From Mobula hypostoma (lineage: Eukaryota): 64,000 nt of DNA. The stretch covers positions 129,334,001-129,398,000 of the forward strand of contig NC_086097.1 in the NCBI RefSeq assembly GCF_963921235.1. Reading direction: 5' to 3'. A program made the position numbers and the translations under genes. How positions within the stretch are numbered: the stretch's first letter is position 1; every line of letters starts with the position of its first letter. The notes below the pieces were generated by a model, which was not told the origin of the DNA, made no database searches, and was given only the letters and a program-made list of their open reading frames with translations. Shown one piece after another: positions 24,551 through 36,522 of the stretch.

Positions 24551-25009
24551 AACACCAGCATGCCCAGCATTACAACAACATCAGATCTGCAGAAGAAAGC
24601 ACAAGAAACTACCAGAAACGACCCAGAGCAAACCAGGCTGAACTGGTTTAAATACACTGCCATTGACTAAAATGACAGATATAAATAATCTCCTGGAGCT
24701 GGAAAATGTTCTGTTCCATAAAGACCAATGGTTCTTGTAAATATAATGAGACCTATAGTAAAAAAGAAAGTACTTTTTAAGTGACTGTAGTAAAACAAGG
24801 CTTATGTAAAAATAATGCATTGGAGCGGATACTTATGAGCGATTAAAATCAAAATCAGAATCACTGCAGCTAGCTGAACATATCTCAGCTTCCTGTTTAT
24901 CAAGTAGAAAATGAAATCTGTCAGCAATCATGGGTATTGCTTTAAAATCTGATATTCTTGAATATTTTAACATGAATTTTAACTCTTAGTTGGCATTGAG
25001 TTACTAGCC

Positions 25010-25530
25010 CTTCAGATGGCCTTCAACCACCCAGTCTGAACAGGCTCTATTCGATGAGATGCAAGACCCTCTCCTCTGAAGTATTGAGAATCCTTTCCAC
25101 TACTTTGAAGAAGAGCAAGGAGGTTAGATACCATGGTGACCAGATCATTATTTAACACCCAGCCAACATTTCTTATAAAGATTATCTGGTTGTTATCATA
25201 TTGCTCATCAGATCACAAATGAATTCATGATCTCTCCATCTGCCTCCCGATTGCCCTTACACCTTAATTGTCTACCTGTACTTTCTGTATAACTGCAACA
25301 CTGTATATTCTGCATTGTGTTATTGTTTTTTCCTTCAATGCATTTACTGTGCATTCGGAATGATCTGCTTGGATGGCTTGGAAAACAGAGCTTTCTCTGT
25401 ATCTTGGAAAATGTGACCATAAAAAGCAAATTGGGAGCTTGCTGTGCACAAAGCAACTGCCTTGTTTTCTGCATTAGGCCAATGACCACATTTTCAAATG
25501 TATTTCACTGGCTGTAAAATTCTTTGAAAC
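25010..25530 (+). mobile_element. DeuSINE-like SINE split by a Rex-type tail insertion (about 25215-25420)
   Basis: cactactttgaagaagagcaaggag...gattatctggttgttatcatattgct | insert | tgggagcttgctgtgcacaaa. Confidence 0.6.
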
Positions 25531-25534
25531 TGGG

Positions 25535-26420
25535 GAAGAGGATAAGTGGTGAACTTATGGAGATGTACAAAATCACAAGGAGCAGAGAAAGGTTGAATTC
25601 ACAATAGTTTTTTCCCAGAGTTAATCAAGAATTAGAGGGTATGGGTTTAAGGTGAGAAGGGAGAGACTTAACAGGAAACTGAGAGGCAACTTTTTCTCCC
25701 AGGGAGTGCTCAGTATATGGAATGAGCTGTCATAGGAAATGCACCAGGAATGTACACTAACAACATTTAAAAGGTGCACCTACACAGATAGGAAAGGCTT
25801 AAAGTTTAAAGTAAGTATATTATCAAAGTACATATATGTCACCATATAAAACTCTGAGATTCATTTTCTTGTGGGCATACTCAACAAATCGCTAGAATAA
25901 TAACTATAACAGAATGGATGAAGACCACCCAACTAGGCTGTTCAACCAGAGTGCAGAAGACAACAAACTGTGCAAAGGCAAGTATCAATAAATAGCAATA
26001 AATAATGAAAACATGAGATGAACCATCCTTGAAAGTGAGCCCATTAGTTGTGGGAACATTTCAAGTGAAGTTGAGTGAAGTCATTCCCTTTCGCTCAAGA
26101 AGCTAATGGTTGAGAGGTAATAACTGCTCTTGGACATGGTGGTGTGGGTCTTGAAGCTCTTGTACCTTCTTGCTGATGGCAGCAGTGAGAAGAAAGCATG
26201 GCCTGAGTGGTGGGGGTCCCTGATGATGGGTGCTGCTTTCCAAAGACAGCATCTCATGTAGATGTGCTCAATGGTTGGGAGGGCTTTACCTGTGAAGGTC
26301 TGAGAAGTATCCACTGCTTTTAGAGAGATGTGGGCCAAATGTGGTCTTAGATGGGAATCTTGGTTGGCATGGGCCAGTTGGGTCAGAGCCTATGTTTCCA
26401 TGCTGATGACTTTTATGAAT
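25535..26420 (+). mobile_element. CR1 3' fragment split by a Rex insertion
   Basis: gataagtggtgaacttatggagatgtacaaaatc...gataggaaaggctta | insert | tagagagatgtgggccaaatg...tgtttccatgctg. Confidence 0.7.
25803..26320 (-). mobile_element. Rex1/Babar 3' fragment
   Basis: ORF 26081-26338 LPTIEHIYMRCCLWKAAPIIRDPHHSGHAFFSLLPSARRYKS, plus the tail. Confidence 0.85.
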
Positions 26421-26492
26421 TGTTGCTACTGAAATATAATTTTTGATCCTATTACCATCTAATTATTTTTATATTTTACAGATTTAAATTTA

Positions 26493-27049
26493 CTTTCTTT
26501 CTTTTTAAATCTTTTTATTGAATAAGTATACAAAAAGGTAAGCCATATAAACATTAATACAATGTTAAAGTATAATAAAATTCCAGAAGGTATCAATACC
26601 AAAAAAAATACTACAAACAATGTAATTTAAACATAAGAAACCAAGATAACATAATAGTATACTAAATTTTATATATATCAATGGAAAAAAAGAAAAAAAA
26701 ACCCCAAAAAAAACCCACCGTGCAACTAACTAAAAGCAAAGCAAAGCAATGGGCTAACTTGAAACCAAACAGAGTTAAACTTAAAATCACGTCCTCAATC
26801 CCGACCTCCATTAAAAACAGTGAAAAAAAACAAGAAGGGTATATATTACATTAAATGAAAATATCGAATAAAAGGTCCCCAAATCTGTTCAAATTTAAAT
26901 GAAGAATCATAAAGGTTACTTCTAATTTTCTCCAGATTCAAACATAAAATCGTCTGAGAGAACCAAAAAAAGGTAGTTGGAGCATTAAGCTCTTTCCAAT
27001 GTTGTAAAATACATCTTTTCGCCATTAAAGTAAGAAATGCAATCATTCT
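26493..27049 (-). mobile_element. 5'-truncated L1/Tx1-type LINE with 13-bp TSD
   Basis: ORF2 C-terminus IAFLTLMAKRCILQHWK...W...LNLEKIR...F.QIWGPF, and an A-rich tail caataaaaagatttaaaaagaaagaaag. TSD agatttaaattta at 26480-26492 and 27050-27062. Confidence 0.9.
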
Positions 27050-27100
27050 AGATTTAAATTTAGAGATATTAATGAGATTAAATAATTCTAGCAATGTGTA

Positions 27101-28163
27101 TTAGAAACATAGAAAATAGGTGCAGGAGTAGGCCATTCGGCCCTTCGAGCCTGCACCGCGATTTATTATGATCATGGCTGATCATCCAACTCAGAACCCC
27201 GCCCAGCCTTCCCTCCATACCCCCTGACCCCCGTAGCCACAAGGGCCATATCTAACTCCCTCTTAAATATAGCCAATGAACTGGCCTCAACAGTTTCCTG
27301 TGGCAGAGAATTCCACAGATTCACCACTCTCTGTGTGAAGAAGTTTTTCCTAATCTCGGTCCTAAAAGGCTTCCCCTCTATCCTCAAACTGTGACCCCTC
27401 GTTCTGGACTTCCCCAACATCGGGAACAATCTTCCTGCATCTAGCCTGTCCAATCCCTTTAGGATCTTATACGTTTCAATCAGATCCCCCCTCAATCTTC
27501 TAAATTCCAACGAGTACAAGCCCAATTCATCCAGTCTTTCTTCATATGAAAGTCCTGCCATCCCAGGAATCAATCTGGTGAACCTTCTTTGTACTCCCTC
27601 TATGGCAAAGATGTCTTTCCTTAGATTAGGGGACCAAAACTGCACACAATACTCCAGGTGTGGTCTCACCAAGGCCTTGTACAACTGCAGTAGTACCTCC
27701 CTGCTCCTGTACTCGAATCCTCTCGCTATAAATGCCAGCATACCATTCGCCTTTTTCACCGCCTGCTGTACCTGCATGCCCACTTTCAATGACTGGTGTA
27801 TAATGACACCCAGGTCTCGTTGCACCTCCCCTTTTCCTAATCGGCCACCATTCAGATAATAATCTGTTTTCCTATTTTTGCCACCAAAGTGGATAACTTC
27901 ACATTTATCCACATTAAATTGCATCTGCCATGAATTTGCCCACTCACCCAACCTATCCAAGTCACCCTGCATCCTCTTAGCATCCTCCTCACTGCTAACA
28001 CTGCCACCCAGCTTCGTGTCATCCGCAAACTTGGAGATGCTGCATTTAATTCCCTCATCCAAGTCATTAATATATATTGTAAACAACTGGGGTCCCAGCA
28101 CTGAGCCTTGCGGTACCCCACTAGTCACCGCCTGCCATTCTGAAAAGGTCCCGTTTATTCCCA
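27101..28163 (-). mobile_element. Young 5'-truncated CR1 LINE with an uninterrupted RT C-terminal frame
   Basis: ORF 27172-28218: SGVPQGSVLGPQLFTIYINDL, KFADDTKL, LVRPHLEYCVQFWSP, with no stops; 3' stem-loop gggccgaatggcct and short repeat tail. Confidence 0.95.
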
Positions 28164-28439
28164 CAAATTGTATTGCTTTTAAAGTTGAACTGGATATAAC
28201 CTGATTGGTATAATGCAAGGAGCGAATAACATCAGAGCAAATTGGGAAGGCAGTGAGTTGAGACTATATAAAAATAAAATCAGAATGTAATGAAAATGCA
28301 TAACACGGCAGGCAGCAATGGTAGAGGGAGAAAGATATTTTTGCTCAATGACTTTTCATCATAACTAGGAAATGTGGGAAATGAAATAAGATCAAAGTTG
28401 CAGTGAATGAGATCGAAAGAGGCCTGTGAGAGGGTGGAG

Positions 28440-28552
28440 CAACACAGCCGACGCACCTCCTCCTAGAGATACTGCCTGGCCTGCTGCGTTCACCAGCAAC
28501 TTTGATGTGTGTTGCTTGAATTTCCAGCATCTGCAGAATTCCTCATGTTTGC
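28440..28552 (+). mobile_element. Penelope pLTR-derived short repeat (second subfamily)
   Basis: gatactgcctggcctgctgcgttcaccagcaactttgatgtgtgttgcttgaatttccagcatctgcaga. Confidence 0.7.
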
Positions 28553-28799
28553 GTGGGAAAGGGTGGAGACTGGGTACAATGCTGACGGAGAGAGTGATGA
28601 CTAGCTCAAGGTGTGACAGAGCGATGAGCAAGGAGGAGGCAAAGAATGCAATCTCAACATATCAGGAGAGGGAGTCAATAAAAGGAAATGTGAAATACAG
28701 ACTGGAATGACTGCTCTTCAGAAACTGCAAAACTGTTGAATCCAGCAGCTGTGATGTACCGAGTCCAGAGATGACATACAATTCATTGAGCCTACATTG

Positions 28800-29092
28800 A
28801 CTTAGAATAAGTCATTTGACCATTCCAGTCTATCCAAGCTCACAGATCTCCCGCCAATTTTGCCTGAAATGTTTTCTTTCCACAATCCCATCAATTCAAA
28901 CACCCACTGACACCAGGGGCAAGGTTACATTGGTCATTTAACCCAATGTGTGATGTGTCAGGAAACAGGAGCGCCTGGAAGAAACACACGCAGGCACAGA
29001 GAGAATGTGTGACCTCTGTCTACACAGCAGTGGGGGTCAGGATTGGATCCATGTTGCTGAGCTGTGAGATGGCAGCTCTCCTAACTGTGCCA
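28800..29092 (-). mobile_element. HE1-type V-SINE, degenerate
   Basis: ggaaacaggagcgcctggaagaaacacacgcagg.cacagagagaatgtg is the reverse complement of the V-domain. Confidence 0.7.
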
Positions 29093-29199
29093 GAGCTCGA
29101 TCCTAAACTCTCTCTTCATCGGGGAACTACACACCGATCTCCCACATTTCAGTGGAGATTCCAGCCACCAAACTATCAATGAACCTGGAGGCCAAAGAC

Positions 29200-29850
29200 A
29201 AAGAAGAAAGAATGAGAGTAGATTGAATAATTAAAGTGACAGGTGAGGAGCCACTGTAACATCAGAAACAGGTTATTGGGGTTGATAATGTGATCACCAG
29301 CCCTTTATCCATCTTGGGCCCTCAACATCCGCTGTTGTTTATAAAGAAAATAACGGAAGTGGAAGAGCTAACAGGGAGTGTAGAAGGAACTATCCCTGAC
29401 ACATTTTGAAAGGAGAGGTGATGTTGTGTCTGTTGTTGACATCACTTTGAATGTGTCTGGAATTATGGAAGATGATTTTTTGAACATGGGGGCTAGTCAA
29501 TTGGAAGTGAGCGCAAGGAAAACCCTGATGGGACTTTCGAGAGACTTTGAGACTTTACAGTGCCCATGGTCTGTTCTTATGAAATCACGGTATTGCTTTG
29601 CACTGTTGTAACTATATGTTATAATTATGTGGTATTTGTCAGTTTTTCAGTCTTGGTTTGTCTTGTGTTTCTGTGATATCATTCTGGAAAAACATTGTAT
29701 CATTTCTCAATGCATGCATTACTAAATGACAATAAATGAGGACTGTGTGTCCCCATAATCTAATCTAATCTAATCTAATCTAATCTAATCTAATCCTTGC
29801 TCTGGATGGGAGGATAGTTGGTGGGGAGGCAGGGTGAGAATAGAACTGCA
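29200..29850 (-). mobile_element. Degenerate Penelope-like (Neptune-type) RT-to-endonuclease linker fragment
   Basis: Minus strand reads like RVFLALTSN..APMFKKSSSIIPD; the aaccct|atccttg junction is split by the 29528 insertion. Confidence 0.5.
29528..29795 (+). mobile_element. Retroposon 3' end with (TAATC)n tail
   Basis: aataaatgaggactgtgtgtcccca followed by about 8 TAATC units; homologous to 4535-4770. Confidence 0.8.
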
Positions 29851-29851
29851 G

Positions 29852-30062
29852 GAGCACACACAAAATGCCAGAAGAACTCAGCAGTCCAGGCAGCATCTAT
29901 GGAAAAAAAGTACAGTCGATGTTTCGGGCCAAAACCCTTCCGCAGGACTCAGTGGCCCAAATGTCGACTGTACTTTTTTCCATAGATGCTGCTTGGCCTG
30001 CTGAGTTCCTCCAGCATTTTGTGTGTGTTGCTCGGATTTCCAGCATCTGCTGATTTTCTCTT
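29852..30062. mobile_element. Palindromic pair of Penelope pLTR-derived repeats with central hammerhead-like motif
   Basis: The left arm cacacaaaatgccagaagaactcagcag..ccaggcagcatctatggaaaaaaagtacagtcga is mirrored by tcgactgtacttttttccatagatgctgc..ggcctgctgagttcctccagcattttgtgtg. Confidence 0.85.
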
Positions 30063-31279
30063 GTTTGTAGGACTGCAGGAAATGGATTTGAAGCATTTGA
30101 GAGGTCTGCTAGCCATGGCTGAAGGGAAGCACACGAATGAGACCTATCGGAAGCACCGATGTAGAAGGTGGGATTGTAAGGACAAATGGAATATGAAAAA
30201 CCAGGAGAATGGACAATTGATCTTACAAGCCACAAACCATGACCACAGCATCAGATGTTTAATTCTAGTGTGCCTGCCATGTTTCCAAAGCCACCTTTTA
30301 CTCTATGCCATACCTGAGCTAAGAAAGCAACAGGTGGTGGTCTGTGGAAGATTTCTTTAAGAAATATTGCACCCGGGTAGACAGTTCCTGCTCTCTGGCC
30401 TGGCTCTTGGATTTTGTTAACCTGCAGTGTATGCCTTCTTGACAAGTTCCTCTTCAGCCATGCAGCCAGCACCTTTCTCTGTTAACACGATTAGCAAAAC
30501 TGGTACTTTCATTATCTTCCTCACCCACATAAGAGTTTAACCTGGAAAGTTAGTGGCACTCATAAACGCACATTATCCCATCACTGACTGGCAGGACGAT
30601 GCACTCTGTGGATGCCGGTCCACAGCACCCAAAGCCCAAGGTTTCTGACTTGTGGAGGACTTCCCTTCACGTGCTGCATCAACGCAGAACAGAGGACAGG
30701 TAAATCTGGGGCTGGCACCTGGGTCGAGGGATCATGTAGGTAGGTGCAGTGACTTAGATATCAAATGGCGTTTCACAGCAAGGCATACCTGCCATCCCTC
30801 TAAGGTAGTTAGGATTTCAATGAGTGTTGGGGAGGGAGGAGTGGATGCGAGTCAAGGAGAGTGCTGAATGAGTTGAGATTATCTGGACAAAAGAATGATT
30901 GGTGAGAGTGGCTTGCATTACTGAATCAGGGGTCTGTGATTGGGTTGAGCCAGGAGATTGTGGTTGAGTGAGTAGCAACATGTGCATGTGAATCAAAAGA
31001 TTGGTGGGTTGTAAAGATATGTATTGGAAGAGGGGATTGAAATAGGCTGGGTTCCTGAAAGCGTAACCAGGTATCTCTGTGAGTGGGGTCCAGGATGTTT
31101 GTGACCTTCCCAAGGAGACTCCTAGAGTCAGAAGCACTCTGAACTTTGCATTGGGTTGTGATCAGCCAATCACATGCAAGCCTCATACAAGCTGGATTAA
31201 CTTCACCTGTTAATTCAAAATGGGGTCATTTTGTGGGGTTCTAATGCAGGAGGCATTATTTGCAGTGGTAGATGCCGGA

Positions 31280-31730
31280 GTCACAAAGTCATACAGTGTA
31301 GTGTCAGGCCCTCCAGCTTGCCAATCACTGCAGCCATACAAATTCCATTGACATACATTCAGTCCATAGCCTCCCATGTCTTAGCAATACAAGTACTCGT
31401 TTACATGTTTCTTAAGTATTGTCAGGGACTCTGCTTTGTTGTTTCCTTAGGCAGCATGTTCCAGACTTCAACCACCTTCTGATGAAAATCGTTCCCCCTC
31501 AGGCACCCTCTATTCTTCAGTACCCCCACCATGGGAACAAATTCTAATGGAATACATTATCTATCCCCCGAATAATTTTGCATACCTGTAACAGGTTGCC
31601 CTCGGTCTCCTCCATCCTAGGGAAAACAAATCGAGTCTATCCAGACTCTCTTAATAACTGAAATGCCCAGTGAAGGAAACATCCTGGTGAATCTCCTTTG
31701 CCTTGCCTGTCACTCCATAACCAGCCTTGG
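31280..31730 (-). mobile_element. Old CR1 3' fragment
   Basis: ggcagcatgttccagacttcaaccacc...aacatcctggtgaatctcctttgc. Confidence 0.65.
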
Positions 31731-31849
31731 CCCTATCCTGCCTTGTCAGCTATATTTTCCTTCTGGAAAATGGACAATGGGCAACTCAAAGTTCAATTTA
31801 CACCAATGCTCTAATAGTTGTATACTGTTATTATTCATTAATTCAATTC

Positions 31850-32996
31850 AAATTCTATTAAACGTTGGCTTTGTGGGAGAAGCCAGCGAGTGGTAGTAAA
31901 TGGTTGCCTCGCTGACTGGAGGCCTGTGACTAGTGGTGTGCTGCAGGGATCCGTGCTGGGTCCATTGTTGTGTGTTATCTGTATCATGGATCTGGATGAT
32001 AATGTGATTAACTGGATCAGCAAATTTGCAGATGACACCAAGATTGGAGCCATTGTGAACAGCAAAGAAGACTATCGGAGCTTGCAGCGGGATCCGGACC
32101 AGCTAGAAAAAAACGGGCTGAAAAATAGCAGATAGAATTTAATACAGACAAGTTTGAGTCGTTGCACTTTGGTAGGACCACCCTGGGTAGGTCTTACACA
32201 GTGAACGCTAGGGAACTGAGGAGTGTGGTAGAACAGAGGGATTTGGGAATACAGTTCCATAATTCATTGAAAGTGGCGTCACAGATAGAAAGGGTTTTAA
32301 AGAAAGCTTTTGGAACATTGGCCTTCATAAATCAAAGTACTGAATACAGGACGGGATGTTATGTTGAAGTTGAATTAGGCTTTGGTGAGGCCTAATTTGT
32401 CGTATTGTGTCCAGTTTTGGTCACCTCCCTAAAGGAAGGATATACATAAGGTTGAAAGAGTACAGAAAAAATATACAAGGATGTTGCTAGGGCTGGAGGA
32501 CCTGATTTATAAGGAAAGATTGAATAGGTTAGGACTTCCCTTATAACTCAGGTTCTCCAGTCCCAGTAACATCCTTGTAAATTTTCTCTGTAGCCTTTCA
32601 ACCTCATTTACATCTTTCCTGAAATTTAGAAGATTGAGGGGAGAGTTGATAGATGTATACAAACTATGAGGGGTACAGATAGGGTAAATCCAAACAGGCT
32701 TTTTCCATTGAGGTTGGATGGGACAACAACCAGAGGTCATGGATTAAGGGAGAAAGGTGAAAAGTTTAGGGAAAACTTCTTCGCTCAGAGGGTGGTGAGA
32801 GCTGCCAGTGCAAGTGGTGCATGCAAGCTTGATTTCAATGCTTAAAGGAAGTTTGGATAGGTACATGGATGACAGTGGTATGGAGGACTCTGGTCCGGGT
32901 ACAGATCAATGGGACTAGGCAGTTTAAATGGTTTGGCACAGAATAGATGGGCTGAAGGGCCTGTTTCTGTGCTGTACTTTTCTGTGATTCTATGAT
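31850..32996 (+). mobile_element. CR1 LINE 3' fragment with internal inverted duplication
   Basis: VTSGVLQGSVLGPLL, KFADDTKIG (ORF 31890) and MHFGRT...QRDLG (ORF 32162), with frameshifts; tail gggctgaagggcctgtttctgtgctgta. Confidence 0.9.
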
Positions 32997-35669
32997 TATT
33001 ATTTGAGCTCCTAAGAGCAGTCCATCAGAGAGAAAGAAAAATGTGAAAGGATGAAGTCATTTGATATCCTTCCTGGTAGTAGATTCGTCAGTTATGTTTA
33101 TTCGATTACTCTGGCCCATAGTTTCATAATATTACAACTTCAAACAAGTTTGAAAGCTTTAGTATGTTATCAAGGTATATTTGTTTCTGTTATCAAGTGC
33201 TTCTATAGTAAATCCGGTTCCATTTAAAATGAATGTCTTTATTGAACATGACCTAGCGTTAATGGGGAACCTGAAGACAGTTGCCTGGAAAGCTGACGAT
33301 TGTGTTAGTGATGATCAAGCTCTGAAGAACACCACCACTCTGGTGGGCCTGCCAACTATCTCTCCATTCCTGTGTTGAGAAAAACTGAAAGGTGCCCTGG
33401 CTCAAATCTCTTGAGGTTATATCTGGCTTTACTCAAGTCAGTACTTGCCGCACATTTAGAACAAAAGCCTGGTAAACAGGTGTTAGCTAGGGCTGGGCTG
33501 AAGCTCATGTGGAGCATTAGCCAATAAAAACCATTCGCCTGTTTCAGTGCTATAAATTGTACACAATTACGGACGGCCGGCTCTGGATCGCATGGCTGTG
33601 TCAGTGTAAATATCTGCCAGGTTTCCTCCCTTAAAACATTGAAACTACTTGAATGCCGTCAAAGGCCCAATTGCGTTCAGCAGATTAAGTAAATGCAGAA
33701 ATTCTTTCTTTCTTACTATCGTGCATTATTTTGCTTCTGTGCATTTTAAATATATTTAGGTTACTGAAAGGCAGAGCAGACTCGAAGGGCCAAATGGCCT
33801 ACTCCTCCTCTTTTCCATCTCCCTACATTGGACATTAGTTAGGCTACATAAGTTAGGACGATACAGTCTGTCATTGTTCCCTGGTCAGTAATCAGGCTCA
33901 ATATCAGACTCAGAAACATTACTCATGACTGACAAGGAGTAACCCCCAATAAAGCTGGCTGCCATAATGTTTTTTTTACCATTTTGTGTCCATTTCAAAA
34001 TAAAATTAATTCACTCTCTCCCCTAAATAGAAGAGAACTGAGTGATAATGGTAATTGAGAAACTCTCCCTGAAGTGACGATGTTAAGATTGCAGTTAAAA
34101 GAAACGGTGTCTAGCTGCCTGTCATGGACTGAACATCACACTACCTAATATTTAATAGAATAAATAAGCACACCGTACATCCATTTAGCATTAGCTGTGA
34201 ATGTGTACATCACATGTCATAGAGTTCAAGCTCTTCTCTAATGAAAAATAACAAATTGTCCCCTATTTCAGTAAATACTTGTTGAATAATATATTCAATA
34301 TTGATTTATTGATGGCCTCCACTGTTCATTCATTAACATGCATCTACAATACAGTGATAAATGCACTTTCTAGGTTGCAGAGATACATATTGAACTTTAA
34401 ATTAACTTCTGTTTTCTATTCCAAAGAGATTTCAAACATGGAAAAATAAAATCATCACAGAATTCATCAATTACTTCTGCCTGCGCTATATAAAAGAAAA
34501 GAAAATCATCAGAGTGTGTGTTAATATAGTAACATCATAACAATATCAGCATGTTACTGATATCAATGTGCCTTTCTGAATCTGTCTGCTGGACAGAATA
34601 ATCGTTCTTTTACAGTAAGGAAACAATTTTAGAACACCTTTTCCGATAGATCTCCTTATTTCTTTCTTGGAATTATGAATAGAGCAATTAGCACAATGTG
34701 AAATTAAAAATGATTTTACAAGGAACTGGCACTTGGCTTTAAACATACAAAATCTAAGAGCTGCTGATTTTCTTGGTGTGTCCCTTATGTCTTGCACTGA
34801 AACATGGGCCACTGGGGGATGGGAGCAAAAGGGATTGGTTGACGGTGGCGGGGGGGTGGGGGGGTCATATCTGCAACAGTTTCTGTGGCACACAATTGAG
34901 GGCATGGGAGATGGGCAGGTGTCCACATTCTGGATCTGTGTCAGAGATCTGTGCACATGTTCACACTCAGGCAGCTGACAGGCCAGCTGGGGTGGGAGAG
35001 AAAAGTGGAGTGGGAGAGCAATGATATATGGATATTGAAATTGAAGGCATGGCTCAAAGAAACTAGAACAGGTTGTTTCTAATAAAACTCTTCAGCCATC
35101 AAATATAAGGTAGCAATGAATTAATTATGCTGTCCCAATGATATTTCATCAGAAGCATTAGCTGTATAACCCAGATGTTATGTCTAAGGCACTCCCATCA
35201 GAAAAAATTGCATCTATGCCACAAAATACTGGTTGACATCTTTTACAGACCTTCTCAAACTGCAGCTGAAGCCTTGGAGAATTACAAGCTATGGCCCATT
35301 TAACACAATTCAACCTTCTCTAAGTGGCAGAGGCTTGAATAAAAATTGATCCAACCTGTTACAAGGTGCTCAACATAAGGCAAGCCACTCCAGCTACTTG
35401 GCTTAGAAATAACTGGTGGTGCCTGTGAGGCTCACTCCATTCTGCTGCAAAGCCTCCCTGAGAGGGCAAGCTCACCAGTCCCAACAGATGGCAGGGTGTT
35501 TGTGACTCCAGTATTGAATCGATTCAAGATAGGTTCTACCTCCATCTTCTGAAGGGGAGAGAGATGGGCAATGAATTCCGAGCTTCACATAGCTCCCACA
35601 TGTTAAAAGTGAATAATAACTATTTATTTGGAAGAGCAGTCTTCGATCTTGTGTTGCCATTCATGGCAG

Positions 35670-36522
35670 CCAATTGGTAAACAGTAAGTGGTGATGAGTA
35701 GGCATACAGGAGCAAGGCAGGACACCTGGCTGAGTGATGCTGTAACAACAATCTCTCACCAACATCAGTAAAATTAAGAAGTTTATTGCTGACTTCAGAA
35801 AAGGGAAAGAAAGTGAACATGTGCCAGTCTACATGGGGGCAATTGGCATTGGAGAGAGTAAACATTTTAAATTCCTGGGCATTGACAATTCAGTTGGCCT
35901 GAACTGGACCCAGCACATAGATGCATTTACAAGGATGAAGTACTGGCATCTTTACTCTTTCATCAGGTTATGGAGTTTCATCTTACCACCGAACACTTTA
36001 ACAAACTTCAACAGATGTACTGCTGAAAATACCTTGACTGGTTGCATCATGATCTGGTACAGCAATTCGAATACACAAGAACATAACAAGCTGCAGAGTA
36101 GTGGGCTCAGCCCAATGTGTCACAGGCACATACCTACCCACCATCAAGGGTATCTACAGGAGGTGCTGCCTCAGGGGAGGTAACATCAATCATCAAAGAC
36201 CCCACCACCTTGCCACTTTCTCGCTGCTACCACGGACCCCTGAAGTCCCACCCCACCAGGTTCAAGAGCAGCGATCTCCCGTCAACCATTCCATTCCTGA
36301 ACCAAACTGAATAACTCCAATCACTCTGTGACCACTTTGAATGAAAATTGACATTTTTCTATTCTAATTGCGATGTTTCTTGTAAAAATTGCGCATAATT
36401 TGTTGTTTAATTCATGCTTTCTTGTGAATGCTGCTTATATGATGTCATATGATGCTGAAAGTGAGTATATCCTTGCACTCGTGCCTATACACACTTGTGT
36501 ATATGACAATAAACTGACTTTG
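35670..36522 (+). mobile_element. Rex1/Babar 3' fragment
   Basis: HFKFLGI...LNWTQHID...TLTNFNRCTAENTLTGCIMIWY (ORF 35821). Confidence 0.85.

Noticed and set aside
27172..28218. 348-aa ORF as a host gene
   Set aside because: It is a 5'-truncated CR1 ORF2; the first ~18 residues come from flanking DNA.
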